From an uncultured bacterium (GTDB lineage: Bacteria > DYJV01), in assembly GCA_964543655.1 (NCBI GenBank), contig CAZIZE010000009.1, positions 9,533 through 73,532 of the forward strand: a stretch of DNA of 64,000 bases, in the 5' to 3' direction. This document shows positions 1 through 10,786 of this stretch, one piece after another (the first letter of the stretch is position 1; the number at the start of each line of letters is the position of its first letter). The position numbers and the translations under genes are program-made. The notes under the pieces were generated by a model that was not told the DNA's origin, made no database searches, and saw only the letters and a program-made list of their open reading frames with translations.

Positions 1-594
1 GAAAATAATAAAAATTCTACAGATAAAAATAATATTGATAAAATTAATGATTTTACCCTCTATGCAGTTATTAACACTGATAAATTAAAAGAAGTATTGG
101 TTAAGCCCAAAAGGATTACTAAAGATATAAATAAACTGAGGAATAAACGTGGTTACATTACTTTGCATATTAACGACAAAATTTACAAATATCAACTTAT
201 AAAAATAGAGAAAAATCTTGCATATTTCAAAAAAGGTGAAAAAATTTTAAAACTTTCAGTTTTTAACGAAGAAAAACATGATAGAATAAAAGTAGCAAAT
301 AAAAATAATGGTCCAGAAGTTATTGCACAACCACCGGTTGGTGGAAAAAATGTAAAATTAATTTCACAAAAAAATAACAAAGCAAATATAAAGAAACCTC
401 TACTTATTTTAAACAAAAAAAATAAAAAGGGCGCAGTTAAAAAATCAAATAATAATAACACAAATAAAACCAAAAATAATAAAAAAATTAAAAATCCATT
501 TTTAGAGTTAATAGAAAAAGCAAGAAAACAGGAGGGTGGAACATCTGGAACCAATACTCCAAATCCATTTTTACAGCTATTAAGGCATAAATAG
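1..594 (+). CDS. Hypothetical Lys/Asn-rich low-complexity protein, 5'-truncated at the window edge (reading frame is open from nt 1)
   Basis: No in-frame stop between nt 1 and the first ATG at 97, so the gene starts upstream of the window. The protein is very basic (K/N-rich), with a duplicated C-terminal NPFL(E/Q)L motif. No recognisable catalytic motif. Confidence 0.4.
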   Translation, partial: ENNKNSTDKNNIDKINDFTLYAVINTDKLKEVLVKPKRITKDINKLRNKRGYITLHINDKIYKYQLIKIEKNLAYFKKGEKILKLSVFNEEKHDRIKVANKNNGPEVIAQPPVGGKNVKLISQKNNKANIKKPLLILNKKNKKGAVKKSNNNNTNKTKNNKKIKNPFLELIEKARKQEGGTSGTNTPNPFLQLLRHK

Positions 595-652
595 TTTAAA
601 ATTGGGGATTATTCATAAATTACCCCACAATAATATATAGATTAAACTTTTC

Positions 653-690
653 TTGACATATTTATAGAAAAAATTGTAAAGTAAAAAAAA
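653..690 (+). promoter_or_regulatory. Putative sigma70-type promoter upstream of the EF-G paralog
   Basis: TTGACA at 653-658, followed after about 17-18 nt by a weak -10 (TAAAGT). A strong RBS (AGGAGAGG) lies 7 nt before the ATG at 712. Confidence 0.25.
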
Positions 691-711
691 CTTTCGAAAG
701 GAGAGGTGTTT

Positions 712-2799
712 ATGGGAACTTATGATGTTGACAAAATAAGAAATATAGCAGTTGTTGCTCACGGTGGAGCAGGTAAAACTTCCCTTTGTGAAGCTATGCT
801 GTACAATGGAAAGGTTACTGATAGATTGTGCAGTGTTGACGCTGGTAATTCAGTTCTTGACTATGATCCTGAGGAAGTTAAAAGAAAAATAACCTTATCT
901 TCTTCAATAGCCTACCTTGATTGGAACAAACACCTTATTAACATTGTGGATACCCCTGGATACGCTAATTTTATGGAAGATACCAAGGTATGTATGAAAG
1001 CCTGCGGTGGCGCTCTTGTGATTATTTCAGCTGTTTCTGGTGTTAAAGTTCAAACAGAAACAGTTTGGAAATACGCAGAAGAATATCAGATGCCAAGAAT
1101 CATATTTATTAATAAAATGGATAGAGAAAGGGCAAACTTTGAAAGAGCAATTGGAGATATTGAGAATATTCTTAAAGTAAAACCTTTGCTTCTTCAAATT
1201 CCTATAGGAAGCGAAGCTTCGTTTAAAGGTTTTATTGATCTTCTTGAAGAAAAAGCATATATTTTTGAGGATGATACATCTGGTAAATTTAAAAAAGCTG
1301 ACATTCCTGATGAATACAAAGAGCAAATTCCAGAGTTAAAAGAAAAATTAGTTGAAAATATAGTTGAAGTTGATGATAATCTACTTGAAAAATATCTTGG
1401 TGGAGAAGAAATAACATCAGAGGAGTTGCTAAACGCATTAAAAGAAGGTACCCTTACAAGAAAGTTTGTTCCTGTTTTATGCGGCTCAGCAATAAAAAAT
1501 ATTGGAGTTCATAAATTACTTGACTATATAGTTTCCATTATGCCCAATCCTTTACAAAAAGCAAGTTTAGAAGGGATTGACAAAAAAACGAATAAAGAAG
1601 TTTTTCTTAATCCAGAAGTTGATGCTCCATTTACAGGTATTGTTTTTAAAACAATATCTGACCCATACACAGGGAAAATTACCATTTTCAGAGTTTTTTC
1701 AGGTAAAGTTAATTCTGATGAAACAGTTCTTAATTCTACAAAAGATGTTAAAGAAAGATTAGGCCAATTGTACAAGGTGATTGGTAAAAAACTTGTTCCA
1801 ATTCCTTCTGCTATTACAGGAGATATAGTTGCAGTGACCAAATTAAAAGAGACTCTTACTGGCGATATTCTCTGTGATCCAGCTTCTCCAATTGTTATAG
1901 AATGGGTTAAACCTTCTGAGCCTGTTATTTCATATTCAATAGTGCCTAAATCTAAGGGTGATGAAGAGAAAGTTTCAGCAGCTCTACAAAGACTTATGGA
2001 GGAAGATCCATCTTTACAGGTTAGCAGGGATCCTCAGACTAAAGAACTCCTTGTTTCTGGTATGGGACAGGTTCATATTGAAGTAGTTGTTGAAAAACTT
2101 AAAAGGAAATTTGGTGTGGATGTTGACTTAAAAACACCAAAAGTACCTTATAGAGAAACTATTACCAAAAAAGTTAAAGTTCAGGGGAAATATAAAAAGC
2201 AATCAGGTGGTAGAGGCCAATATGGAGATGTTTGGATAGAGATTGAGCCTCTTGAAAGAGGAAAAGGTTTTGAATTTGTAGATAAAATAGTTGGTGGAGT
2301 TATTCCAAAGCAATATATTCCTGCTGTTGAAAAAGGTGTTTATGAGGCAATGACAGAGGGTGTTCTTGCAGGGTACCCTGTTGTAGATGTTAAAGTTACA
2401 CTATTTGATGGCTCCCACCATTCAGTTGATTCATCTGAAATGGCTTTTAAAATAGCAGGTTCAATGGCGTTTAAAAAAGCAGCTAAAGATGCTGGAATGG
2501 TACTGCTTGAACCTATAATGGATGTTGAAGTAATTGTTCCTGATGATGTTATGGGTGATGTTATTGGTGATCTCAACAGTAGAAGAGGTAAAGTGGTTGG
2601 AGTTGAGCCACAAGCACATAACAATCAGCTTATTAAAGCCAAAGTTCCAATGTCTGAGGTTCTTGAATATGCACCTGATTTAAGGTCTCTTACAGGTGGT
2701 AGAGGAATGTTTACAATGAGATTTTCTCATTATGAAAAAGTACCACCATTTTTAACAGAAAAAATTGTTGAAGAAAAACAAAAAGCATCAGAGGAGTAA
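712..2799 (+). CDS. Elongation factor G family translational GTPase (divergent EF-G paralog)
   Basis: P-loop AHGGAGKTS (G1), DTPGYANF (G3) and NKMD (G4) are present, with the five-domain EF-G length (695 aa from the ATG). G1 has Gly where canonical EF-G (AHIDAGKT) has Asp, and the switch I RGIT motif reads RKIT. The ATG at 712 with its RBS is preferred over the GTG at 706. Confidence 0.8.
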   Translation: MGTYDVDKIRNIAVVAHGGAGKTSLCEAMLYNGKVTDRLCSVDAGNSVLDYDPEEVKRKITLSSSIAYLDWNKHLINIVDTPGYANFMEDTKVCMKACGGALVIISAVSGVKVQTETVWKYAEEYQMPRIIFINKMDRERANFERAIGDIENILKVKPLLLQIPIGSEASFKGFIDLLEEKAYIFEDDTSGKFKKADIPDEYKEQIPELKEKLVENIVEVDDNLLEKYLGGEEITSEELLNALKEGTLTRKFVPVLCGSAIKNIGVHKLLDYIVSIMPNPLQKASLEGIDKKTNKEVFLNPEVDAPFTGIVFKTISDPYTGKITIFRVFSGKVNSDETVLNSTKDVKERLGQLYKVIGKKLVPIPSAITGDIVAVTKLKETLTGDILCDPASPIVIEWVKPSEPVISYSIVPKSKGDEEKVSAALQRLMEEDPSLQVSRDPQTKELLVSGMGQVHIEVVVEKLKRKFGVDVDLKTPKVPYRETITKKVKVQGKYKKQSGGRGQYGDVWIEIEPLERGKGFEFVDKIVGGVIPKQYIPAVEKGVYEAMTEGVLAGYPVVDVKVTLFDGSHHSVDSSEMAFKIAGSMAFKKAAKDAGMVLLEPIMDVEVIVPDDVMGDVIGDLNSRRGKVVGVEPQAHNNQLIKAKVPMSEVLEYAPDLRSLTGGRGMFTMRFSHYEKVPPFLTEKIVEEKQKASEE

Positions 2800-2808
2800 T
2801 TTTTTAAA

Positions 2809-3543
2809 TTGAAAAAATCCACTGATATTTTTATAAGAATTTTAATAGTTGGTGCAATTCTTGGTGCAATAGGTTACTACTATTACAAGAGATTTACAAA
2901 ACCTGTTGCACCTGTTTTAAAATCTGAGATAATTAAACTTCCAGAAAAGCCAGCATTTACCCCAAAACCATTAAAAAAAGTAGTTCCTGCTCAAACTGAA
3001 ACAGCTACTGATAATAACTCAAAAAATATAGTTGCCAAAAAAGATAATATTACTGACAATACAACTTCAAAATCAGTTATTAACTATAAAATTACTGTTG
3101 AAAAACTTCTTTCAAGAAAAAAATATAATGAATTAATAGAGTTTTTAACACATATAAAAAACATCAAATTTGACTCTTCAAAAAAAGTTGCACAAATTGA
3201 ATTTAAACGAGTTTTAATTGGACCATATTTAAAGAAAATAAATCTAATAAAAATGGAAGCCAAAATTAGAGGCATGCATATAAATGATTATTTAAGACTA
3301 AAATTCAAAAATGGTTATTATTTGCATGTTGGTAGTTTTGCAAATAAATCAAAACTCGAAGCTTTTGTTACTTTACTCAGACAGAACAGAATTTACAATA
3401 TAAAATATATGGTTGTAAAAGTTCCCAAAAAAGTATTTTTCATTAATATTTACACAGATTCAAAAGATACTTTTACTCAGGTTAAGTCATTTCTTGACAA
3501 TGAATCAATTCAATACTCTGTATTTAAAGAAAATAATGAATAA
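2809..3543 (+). CDS. Membrane-anchored protein with C-terminal SPOR-like (peptidoglycan-binding) domain
   Basis: N-terminal hydrophobic anchor ([16 protein letters not shown]). The C-terminal stretch [23 protein letters not shown] resembles the SPOR consensus. TTG start with GAGGAG upstream. Confidence 0.45.
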   Translation: MKKSTDIFIRILIVGAILGAIGYYYYKRFTKPVAPVLKSEIIKLPEKPAFTPKPLKKVVPAQTETATDNNSKNIVAKKDNITDNTTSKSVINYKITVEKLLSRKKYNELIEFLTHIKNIKFDSSKKVAQIEFKRVLIGPYLKKINLIKMEAKIRGMHINDYLRLKFKNGYYLHVGSFANKSKLEAFVTLLRQNRIYNIKYMVVKVPKKVFFINIYTDSKDTFTQVKSFLDNESIQYSVFKENNE

Positions 3544-4036
3544 AATTTTTCTTTCTTGGCACAATCTTTCCAATAAGCTAACATCTTTGAAGGATATTGG
3601 AAAAAAAATTGTTTTTACCAATGGTTGCTTTGATATTATTCATATAGGCCATATTGATTATTTAAAAAAAGCCAAGGCATTAGGTGATATACTGGTAGTT
3701 GGTATTAATAGTGATAAAAGCGTTAAAAATATCAAAGGCAAATTCAGGCCTATTATTAATGAAAAAGAGAGAATGCAAATTTTAGAAGCATTTTATTTTG
3801 TTGACTTTGTAACTTTATTTCAAGAAGATACACCATACAATCTTATAAAAACTATCAAACCTGATATACTTGTAAAAGGTGGTGATTGGGATATTAAAAA
3901 TATTGTTGGGAGAGATATTGTAGAAAACAGTGGTGGAATTGTAACCACAATTCCATATCTTAAAGGTTATTCAACTTCCAATATTATAAAAAAAATATTA
4001 GAAAATTATAGTAATGAACATAGCTCTAATAGTTAG
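3536..4036 (+). CDS. D-glycero-beta-D-manno-heptose 1-phosphate adenylyltransferase-like cytidylyltransferase (stand-alone RfaE/HldE domain II)
   Basis: [23 protein letters not shown] matches the (T/H)xGH nucleotidyltransferase motif of the RfaE C-terminal domain, and the length is about 166 aa. Start moved to the ATG at 3536 (MNKIF), which overlaps the upstream stop by 8 nt. No kinase domain is fused. Confidence 0.65.
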   Translation: MNKIFLSWHNLSNKLTSLKDIGKKIVFTNGCFDIIHIGHIDYLKKAKALGDILVVGINSDKSVKNIKGKFRPIINEKERMQILEAFYFVDFVTLFQEDTPYNLIKTIKPDILVKGGDWDIKNIVGRDIVENSGGIVTTIPYLKGYSTSNIIKKILENYSNEHSSNS

Positions 4037-5105
4037 AAAATATCAGACCTCTGGTGGCACTGAAAGATTCACATACAACCTTTCAAAATTTCTTTCTAAA
4101 AATGGCCACAATGTTACAATTTTCTGCTCAAAAAGCAATATAATTCCACCTGAAAATGTTAAAATAAAAAGAGCTTTCTCAATTCCAATAAATAGAGTTA
4201 TTAAAACAGCAACTTTTACCTACAGCATATATAAGAAAGATTTTTCTAAATTTGACATTGTGCAGGGTTGTGGAAAAATTATAAAACAGGATATATACAG
4301 AGCTGGTGGAGGCTTTCATAAATTATATTTAAAAGAGATAAACAGGGAAAAATTAACATTTTATGATAGAATGGTAATATCACTTGAAAAAAAACTATAT
4401 AACACCAAAAATACAAAATTTGTTATTGCTGTTTCAAATCTAATTAAAAAAGAAATTATAAAGGAATTTGGTTACCCTTCTGAAAGAATTGTTGTATTTC
4501 ACAATCCTGTGGATTTAAATCAATTTTCTCCAGTTAGTAGAGAAAATAATTTAAATAAAGACTTAAAACTGCTTTTTGTTGCAAACAACTTTAAATTAAA
4601 AGGCTTAAATAGCATATTAAATGTATTAAAACAGCTTGATAATTTTAAACTATTTATTGTTGGTGGTGATAATTTTGAAAACTTGAAACATGGAAAAATT
4701 CCTGAAAAATTATTTAAAAATATCTTTTTTTTAGGTGAAAAAAGGGGAAAAGAATTGGTAAAAATCTATCAGCAATCAGATTTACTGCTGCACCCAACCT
4801 ACTTTGACCCATTTGCAAATGTATGCCTTGAAGCAATGGCTTGTGGTGTGCCTGTTGTTACAACTAAAATTAATGGTGCATCTGAAATTATTGAAAATTA
4901 TGAAAATGGAATTGTAATTGAGCATGCAGAAGATTACAATGGGCTTTTTAATGCTGTGAAAAAATGTATTGAAAATAGAGAGCTACTATTAAAAATGCGA
5001 GAAAATTGTCTAAAAAAGATTAAAGAATACTCTTTTGGAAAATATTGCAAAAGATTAATAGATTTTTATCAAGAGGTAAAAAAATTAAAAAAAAGTATAG
5101 AATAA
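4014..5105 (+). CDS. Glycosyltransferase family 4 (GT-B, group 1) protein
   Basis: C-terminal EX7E-type motif region [26 protein letters not shown]. Size 363 aa. Sits in a heptose/LPS-type neighbourhood. Confidence 0.7.
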   Translation: MNIALIVRKYQTSGGTERFTYNLSKFLSKNGHNVTIFCSKSNIIPPENVKIKRAFSIPINRVIKTATFTYSIYKKDFSKFDIVQGCGKIIKQDIYRAGGGFHKLYLKEINREKLTFYDRMVISLEKKLYNTKNTKFVIAVSNLIKKEIIKEFGYPSERIVVFHNPVDLNQFSPVSRENNLNKDLKLLFVANNFKLKGLNSILNVLKQLDNFKLFIVGGDNFENLKHGKIPEKLFKNIFFLGEKRGKELVKIYQQSDLLLHPTYFDPFANVCLEAMACGVPVVTTKINGASEIIENYENGIVIEHAEDYNGLFNAVKKCIENRELLLKMRENCLKKIKEYSFGKYCKRLIDFYQEVKKLKKSIE

Positions 5106-5106
5106 C

Positions 5107-6021
5107 ATGATAAAACCTGATGCAGCCTACATTCTTTTTTATCATAGAATAACACCAGAAAATATCAAAGAATTTACATGGCAAATTGAGTATTTAAAAA
5201 AAAATAGGGAAATTACTTCAATTTATGAAATAGAAAATTTAAAACCAGGTAGCGTTATTATAACATTTGATGATGGTTTTTTTGATAATTTTGTTTATGC
5301 ATATCCCATTCTTCTTAAGTATCATGTACCAGCTACAATTTTTTTATCAACAGCATATATTAAGGAAAAAGGAGTTAGAAAAACTTTTGCTGATTTTCAA
5401 AATGGAAAAATCAGTTTAAACTCTTTACAAAAACCTAAAAATTACAATTTTAAAGAGCCAACCACTGATGAATTTCTAACATGGGAAGAAATTGATATAA
5501 TGGCAAATAGTGGAATTATATCTTTTGAAAGCCACGGCTATGAACATCTCACTCATTTTATTGACAATATTCCTTTAAAAGCTATCAGTAAAAATAATAG
5601 GTTATTAAAGTTCCTCAATATTGATTATAAAAGTAGCCAGGTTTATAAAACAGCAAGTATTTTCAAAGGACATGAGTATATTGTTAATGAAAAAAGATTT
5701 GAAACAGATAAAGAGAGAGAAGATAGATTAATGGAGCATTTTTTAGCATCTAAAGAATTAATTTCATTATACACTTATAGAGAACCTCAACATTTCTGTT
5801 GGCCATGGGGAGAATACGATAAATTTAGTATTAATATAGGAAAAAAAGCCAATTTTAAATATTTCTACACAACATTAAAAGGGTGTATTTATAGAGGTTT
5901 TTCAAATTTTGAGGAAATACCAAGGATTAGTGCATCATTTAAAAGAAGAAACTTTTTAAAAAGAGATTTTATCTTTAGCAGAAAAAAAATTACAGAAAAA
6001 TATTTAAATTTTTTTAATTAG
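5107..6021 (+). CDS. Polysaccharide deacetylase (CE4 family) protein
   Basis: CE4 motif 1 TFDDG (VIITFDDGFF) and a His-containing motif (SHGYEHLTH). Confidence 0.6.
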   Translation: MIKPDAAYILFYHRITPENIKEFTWQIEYLKKNREITSIYEIENLKPGSVIITFDDGFFDNFVYAYPILLKYHVPATIFLSTAYIKEKGVRKTFADFQNGKISLNSLQKPKNYNFKEPTTDEFLTWEEIDIMANSGIISFESHGYEHLTHFIDNIPLKAISKNNRLLKFLNIDYKSSQVYKTASIFKGHEYIVNEKRFETDKEREDRLMEHFLASKELISLYTYREPQHFCWPWGEYDKFSINIGKKANFKYFYTTLKGCIYRGFSNFEEIPRISASFKRRNFLKRDFIFSRKKITEKYLNFFN

Positions 6022-6100
6022 TTGATTTTTTAAGCTTTTTATATTAGTGAAATAGGCTGTATTACCAAATGATACATTATTTGCTGTAAAGGAGGTTATA

Positions 6101-7261
6101 ATGTCAACAAAGCATTTTTTATTTACATCAGAATCAGTTACAGAGGGACATCCAGACAAAGTGGCTGACCAGATTTCAGATGCAATACTTGATGCAATTA
6201 TTGCTCAGGATAAAAATTGCAGAGTTGCATGTGAGACACTTGTTACCACAGGACTGGCTTTTATAGCAGGAGAAATAACAACAGACTGTTATGTTGATAT
6301 GCCAAATGTTGTAAGAGAAACAATTAAAGAAATTGGTTATAATAGCTCTGATATGGGTTTTGATTGGCAGACCTGCGCTGTTATTACATCTATAGATAAA
6401 CAATCACCAGATATAGCTATGGGTGTTAATAAAGAAGGTCTTAATCAGGGAGCTGGTGATCAGGGGCTAATGTTTGGATTTGCATGCAATGAAACAGAGG
6501 TTTTAATGCCACTACCTATCTATCTTGCACATAAACTTACAAAAAGATTAAGCTATGTTAGAAATTCGAGAATACTTGACTTTCTCAGGCCAGATGGTAA
6601 ATCTCAGGTTACTGTTGAATATGATGGACATACACCAAAAAGAGTTGATGCTGTTGTAATATCCACTCAACATACACCTGATGTTAAATATGAGGTAATT
6701 CAGGAAGGAGTTATGGAAGAGATTATTAAAGAAGTTATTCCTGAAAATATGATTGATAAGGATACCAAATTTTTCATTAATCCAACAGGAAGGTTTGTTG
6801 TTGGTGGCCCAATGGGAGATTGTGGGCTTACAGGCAGAAAGATAATTGTTGACACATATGGCGGTGTTGGCAGCCATGGTGGTGGAGCATTTTCAGGTAA
6901 AGATCCATCTAAAGTTGACAGATCAGCATCATATATGGCAAGGTATATTGCAAAAAATATAGTAGCAGCAGAACTTGCAGATATAGCTGAGGTTCAGGTT
7001 GCATATGCAATTGGTGTTGCAGAGCCTGTTTCTGTTATGATAAATACTTTTGGCACAAGCAAAATTGCACCAGAAGATATTAAAAAAATAGTATTAGATA
7101 CATTTGATTTAAGGCCAAGAGCAATAATAGAAAAACTCGACCTTTTAAGACCTATTTACAAAAAAACAGCAGCTTATGGCCATTTTGGAAGAGAATTGCC
7201 AGAATTTACCTGGGAAAAAACAGATATGGCTGAAACTTTAAAAGATAAAGCAGGTATTTAA
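6101..7261 (+). CDS. metK: S-adenosylmethionine synthetase
   Basis: Hallmark N-terminus [27 protein letters not shown] and glycine-rich loop [17 protein letters not shown] 6 nt upstream. Confidence 0.95.
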   Translation: MSTKHFLFTSESVTEGHPDKVADQISDAILDAIIAQDKNCRVACETLVTTGLAFIAGEITTDCYVDMPNVVRETIKEIGYNSSDMGFDWQTCAVITSIDKQSPDIAMGVNKEGLNQGAGDQGLMFGFACNETEVLMPLPIYLAHKLTKRLSYVRNSRILDFLRPDGKSQVTVEYDGHTPKRVDAVVISTQHTPDVKYEVIQEGVMEEIIKEVIPENMIDKDTKFFINPTGRFVVGGPMGDCGLTGRKIIVDTYGGVGSHGGGAFSGKDPSKVDRSASYMARYIAKNIVAAELADIAEVQVAYAIGVAEPVSVMINTFGTSKIAPEDIKKIVLDTFDLRPRAIIEKLDLLRPIYKKTAAYGHFGRELPEFTWEKTDMAETLKDKAGI

Positions 7262-7277
7262 AAATATTTTTTTCATT

Positions 7278-7313
7278 AAGGGATTCTCCTATAGGAGAAT
7301 CCTTTGATTTTTT
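7278..7313 (+). terminator. Rho-independent terminator of metK
   Basis: Perfect 9-bp stem GGATTCTCC/GGAGAATCC with a TATA loop, followed by TTTGATTTTTT. Confidence 0.7.
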
Positions 7314-7365
7314 CTATTCAATTTTATATTCGCAGTTATATTCATAGTATTAAGCTTATTCTTTT

Positions 7366-10300
7366 ATGGAAAATTTTATTGAAATAGCAAACAGCATAAA
7401 TTCAGGTCAAAAACTTCAAATATCTGGATATACAACTTCATCAGCATCTCTATTTTTATCAATTTTAAAAGAGTATCAAAATAAAAATCTGATTATCTTT
7501 GTTGACAGCAGAGAAACCGGTCTGACATTAAAAAATGACATAGAGTTTTTAATTAATAGAGAAAAGGTATATTTTTTTAATATTCCAAAATTTTTTCCAT
7601 TTAGCTCTATTTTAAAAGAAAAATCTGTTGTTTCAGAAATAGTAAATCTCCTCTATAAGCTCCTATTTGAAGAAGATAAAATATTTATAATTCCCTACTC
7701 TATTATTCTGAAAAAGATAATTTCTTTTGATAAATTCTTCAAAAATATCATGACTATAAAAAAAGGTGAAACTATTGACAGAGAACTGCTCGCAATGTTT
7801 TTATTGGAGTATGGGTATGAAAATAATTACCTAATTAATAGTAAAGGTGATTTTTCTTTTAGAGGAGATATTTTTGATATATTTGTTCCTATTTACAATT
7901 CACCTATTAGAGTTACCCTCTGGGACGATTATGTTGAAGAGATAAATTTTTTCAATGTAGAAACTCAGAAAAGGATTAAAGGGGACAATCTGTTAGAATT
8001 TCAAATAATTCAAAACACATTAACCTTATACAATGATATTAATATTGATAAAATTTCTAATAACTTGAATAATTCTAAAAAGGAGAAAGAGCTTGCTGAT
8101 AAGCTTAAACTTAAAAATTTTGATATAAATATAAGTATGTTATCTGAAGATAATAATGATATTTTTAACTACATTGAAAAATGTAGTGCAATTACAGTTT
8201 TTTTTAATAAAAATACTATTTTGAAAAATCTAAAAAAATATAGAGAAAATTTACATCTTCATTTTAATGAAATTTTTAATGAAGGCTATACATTTTTTGA
8301 ATATAAAGATTTCTTTACTGAAAAAATCAATATTGAAAAAGAGGTAGATAGTGCTCAAATAATTTTCAATGAAGTTGAAATTCTTGATAATAAAAGAAAG
8401 TCTATTAATTTATCTACACGTGACAATAAAACTTTGAGAAAAAAAATTTTATCAACAAAAAGCAATCATTTTGAACCATTAATTGAAGAATTAGAAATTG
8501 CACAACTACATAAATTCAATATTTTTTTCCTGTTTGATGATAATCTAAGACTGGAAAATATTTTAAATATTTTAAAAGAAAAAGGATTTTTACCATTAAA
8601 GAAAAATGAAACCATAACCAATCTTTATCTTAATGGTAAAAAAGGGATATTCTTTTTAAATGGCTTTATTTCCGGGGGATTTAAAAGCAATTTTTTCAAA
8701 TGTCTTGTAATTTCTGAGCGGGATATTTTTGGAAAAAAGAGAAAAAGTGGTAAATTTCCAAAATTTTCAGAGCATTCAATTGAAAAATTTTCAGAATTAA
8801 AAGAGGGTGATTTTGTTGTACATATAGAACATGGCATTGGCAAATTTAAGGGGCTTGAAAGCATAAAAGTTGGTAATTTAAGAAAAGAGTTTATTTTAAT
8901 TGAATATCTCAACAATGATAAACTCTATGTACCAATTGATAGAATTAATCTTATTCAAAAATATATTGGTGAAGATGGCCATGTACCTGTAATTGACAGG
9001 CTTGGCTCAGACAGGTGGAATAAGGTAAAAGAGAGAGTAAAAAAATCTGTTGAGGGCATAGCAAAAGAGCTTCTTCAGTTATATGCAGAACGAAAAATAT
9101 TAAAAGGTATCTCTTTTAAAGGGAATGATGATTTAATAGATGAATTCAGTATAAAATGGGAATTTGAGGAAACTGATGATCAGAGAAAAGCAATAGAAGA
9201 TATTTTTAATGATATGGATAAAGAAAATCCCATGGATAGGCTTCTCTGTGGTGATGTTGGTTATGGCAAAACAGAAGTTGCTATTAGAGCTATTTTAAAA
9301 GCAGTTTTAGCTGGCTATCAGGTTGCGTTTCTTGTCCCCACAACAATACTTGCTCTTCAACATTACAACACATTAAAAAATAGGTTTAAAGAATACCCTT
9401 TTGAAATAGCTAAAATTTCCAGATTTGAATCTAAAAAGGAGCAACAGGAAATCCTTGAAAAATTAAAAAAGGGAAATATTGATATTATCATAGGCACCCA
9501 TAGATTGCTCCAAAAAGATGTGGAGTTTAAAAATCTTGGTTTTTTAATAATAGATGAAGAACATAAATTTGGTGTAAAACATAAAGAGAGAATAAAGTTA
9601 ATAAAAAAGAATTTAGATGTCCTATCAATGACTGCCACTCCTATACCAAGAACATTGCAAATGTCTTTTTTAGGAGTTAAGGATCTCTCTGTTATAAATA
9701 TGCCACCAGCAGATAGGCAGAGTATTGAAACTCAGATTATAAAATTCAACAAGAATATTATAAAAAGAGCTATTTTAAAAGAACTTAAACGAAATGGTCA
9801 AATATACTTTGTGTACAATAGAGTTAAATCAATTTATTCAATGGCAAAATTTTTAAAAGAGCTTGTACCTGAAGCATGTGTGGCTGTTGCCCATGGCCAG
9901 ATGGATAAAAAAGAACTTGAAATTATTTACAAAGATTTTTTAGAGAAAAAATTCAATCTTCTTGTTTGCACTACAATTATTGAATCAGGTCTTGACAATC
10001 CTGATGTTAACACAATTTTTATACATAATGCTGACAAATTTGGTATTTCACAGCTTTATCAATTAAGAGGAAGGGTAGGCAGGAGCAATGTAAAAGCTTA
10101 TGCCTACTTTATTATTTCATCACCAGATTTAATAACACCTATAGCTTTAAAGAGGCTTAAAATTTTACAAACTCACTCTGGATTAAGTCAGGGGTTTAAA
10201 CTTGCCATGAGTGATCTTGAAATTAGAGGAGCAGGTACTCTTTTTGGAGAAAAACAATCAGGACATATTTTATCAATAGGTTTTGAATATTATATGAATA

Positions 10301-10785
10301 TGCTTGAAGAAGCAATAAATAAATTAAAAGGCAAGGTAAGAGAAGAGAAAATAGAGCCAGAGATTAACTACAATTTACCTTCATTTATACCTGAAGATTA
10401 TATTACATCTGAAAAAGAGAGGCTATATTTCTATAAAAAACTATCATTACTTGAAAACTTAAATGAGCTTGAAGAAATCAAAGATGAATTAATGGACAAA
10501 TTTGGAAAACTTCCAGATGAGATGAAAAATTTACTTGAAGTTTTCAGAATTAAGATTTTGTTAAAAAGATTTAACATAGAAAAGCTTGATATAAATGACA
10601 AAGGTATTGTAATAATTCCTGGACTTAAATCAAAAATTAATATAAATAAAGTAATAGCTCTAATATCAAAAAATAGTGATATAGAAGCTATTTCCAATGA
10701 AAAATTATTTATAAAAACAGGAAACCTTACAGATAACGAAAAAATTATAAAATTAGAAGATATTTTAAATAAAATAAGTGATTAA
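7366..10785 (+). CDS. mfd: Transcription-repair coupling factor
   Basis: 1139 aa. Superfamily 2 helicase motifs LLCGDVGYGKTEVA (Walker A) and DEEHKFG (DEEH). Typical Mfd length and domain order. Confidence 0.9.
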   Translation: MENFIEIANSINSGQKLQISGYTTSSASLFLSILKEYQNKNLIIFVDSRETGLTLKNDIEFLINREKVYFFNIPKFFPFSSILKEKSVVSEIVNLLYKLLFEEDKIFIIPYSIILKKIISFDKFFKNIMTIKKGETIDRELLAMFLLEYGYENNYLINSKGDFSFRGDIFDIFVPIYNSPIRVTLWDDYVEEINFFNVETQKRIKGDNLLEFQIIQNTLTLYNDINIDKISNNLNNSKKEKELADKLKLKNFDINISMLSEDNNDIFNYIEKCSAITVFFNKNTILKNLKKYRENLHLHFNEIFNEGYTFFEYKDFFTEKINIEKEVDSAQIIFNEVEILDNKRKSINLSTRDNKTLRKKILSTKSNHFEPLIEELEIAQLHKFNIFFLFDDNLRLENILNILKEKGFLPLKKNETITNLYLNGKKGIFFLNGFISGGFKSNFFKCLVISERDIFGKKRKSGKFPKFSEHSIEKFSELKEGDFVVHIEHGIGKFKGLESIKVGNLRKEFILIEYLNNDKLYVPIDRINLIQKYIGEDGHVPVIDRLGSDRWNKVKERVKKSVEGIAKELLQLYAERKILKGISFKGNDDLIDEFSIKWEFEETDDQRKAIEDIFNDMDKENPMDRLLCGDVGYGKTEVAIRAILKAVLAGYQVAFLVPTTILALQHYNTLKNRFKEYPFEIAKISRFESKKEQQEILEKLKKGNIDIIIGTHRLLQKDVEFKNLGFLIIDEEHKFGVKHKERIKLIKKNLDVLSMTATPIPRTLQMSFLGVKDLSVINMPPADRQSIETQIIKFNKNIIKRAILKELKRNGQIYFVYNRVKSIYSMAKFLKELVPEACVAVAHGQMDKKELEIIYKDFLEKKFNLLVCTTIIESGLDNPDVNTIFIHNADKFGISQLYQLRGRVGRSNVKAYAYFIISSPDLITPIALKRLKILQTHSGLSQGFKLAMSDLEIRGAGTLFGEKQSGHILSIGFEYYMNMLEEAINKLKGKVREEKIEPEINYNLPSFIPEDYITSEKERLYFYKKLSLLENLNELEEIKDELMDKFGKLPDEMKNLLEVFRIKILLKRFNIEKLDINDKGIVIIPGLKSKININKVIALISKNSDIEAISNEKLFIKTGNLTDNEKIIKLEDILNKISD

Positions 10786-10786
10786 A

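Noticed and set aside
192-554. Antisense/overlapping ORFs (e.g., 192-554-, 1027-1326-, 2340-2624-, 38070-38579+, 40311-40589-, 54276-54548-)
   Set aside because: They lie entirely within strongly supported genes on the opposite strand or in another frame, have low-complexity composition and no RBS. Treated as spurious.
6022-6100. Possible SAM riboswitch in the metK leader
   Set aside because: The leader is only 79 nt, and I could not match SAM-I/S-box or SAM-II consensus elements by eye. A strong RBS lies directly at its 3' end. A covariance-model scan would be needed to confirm.
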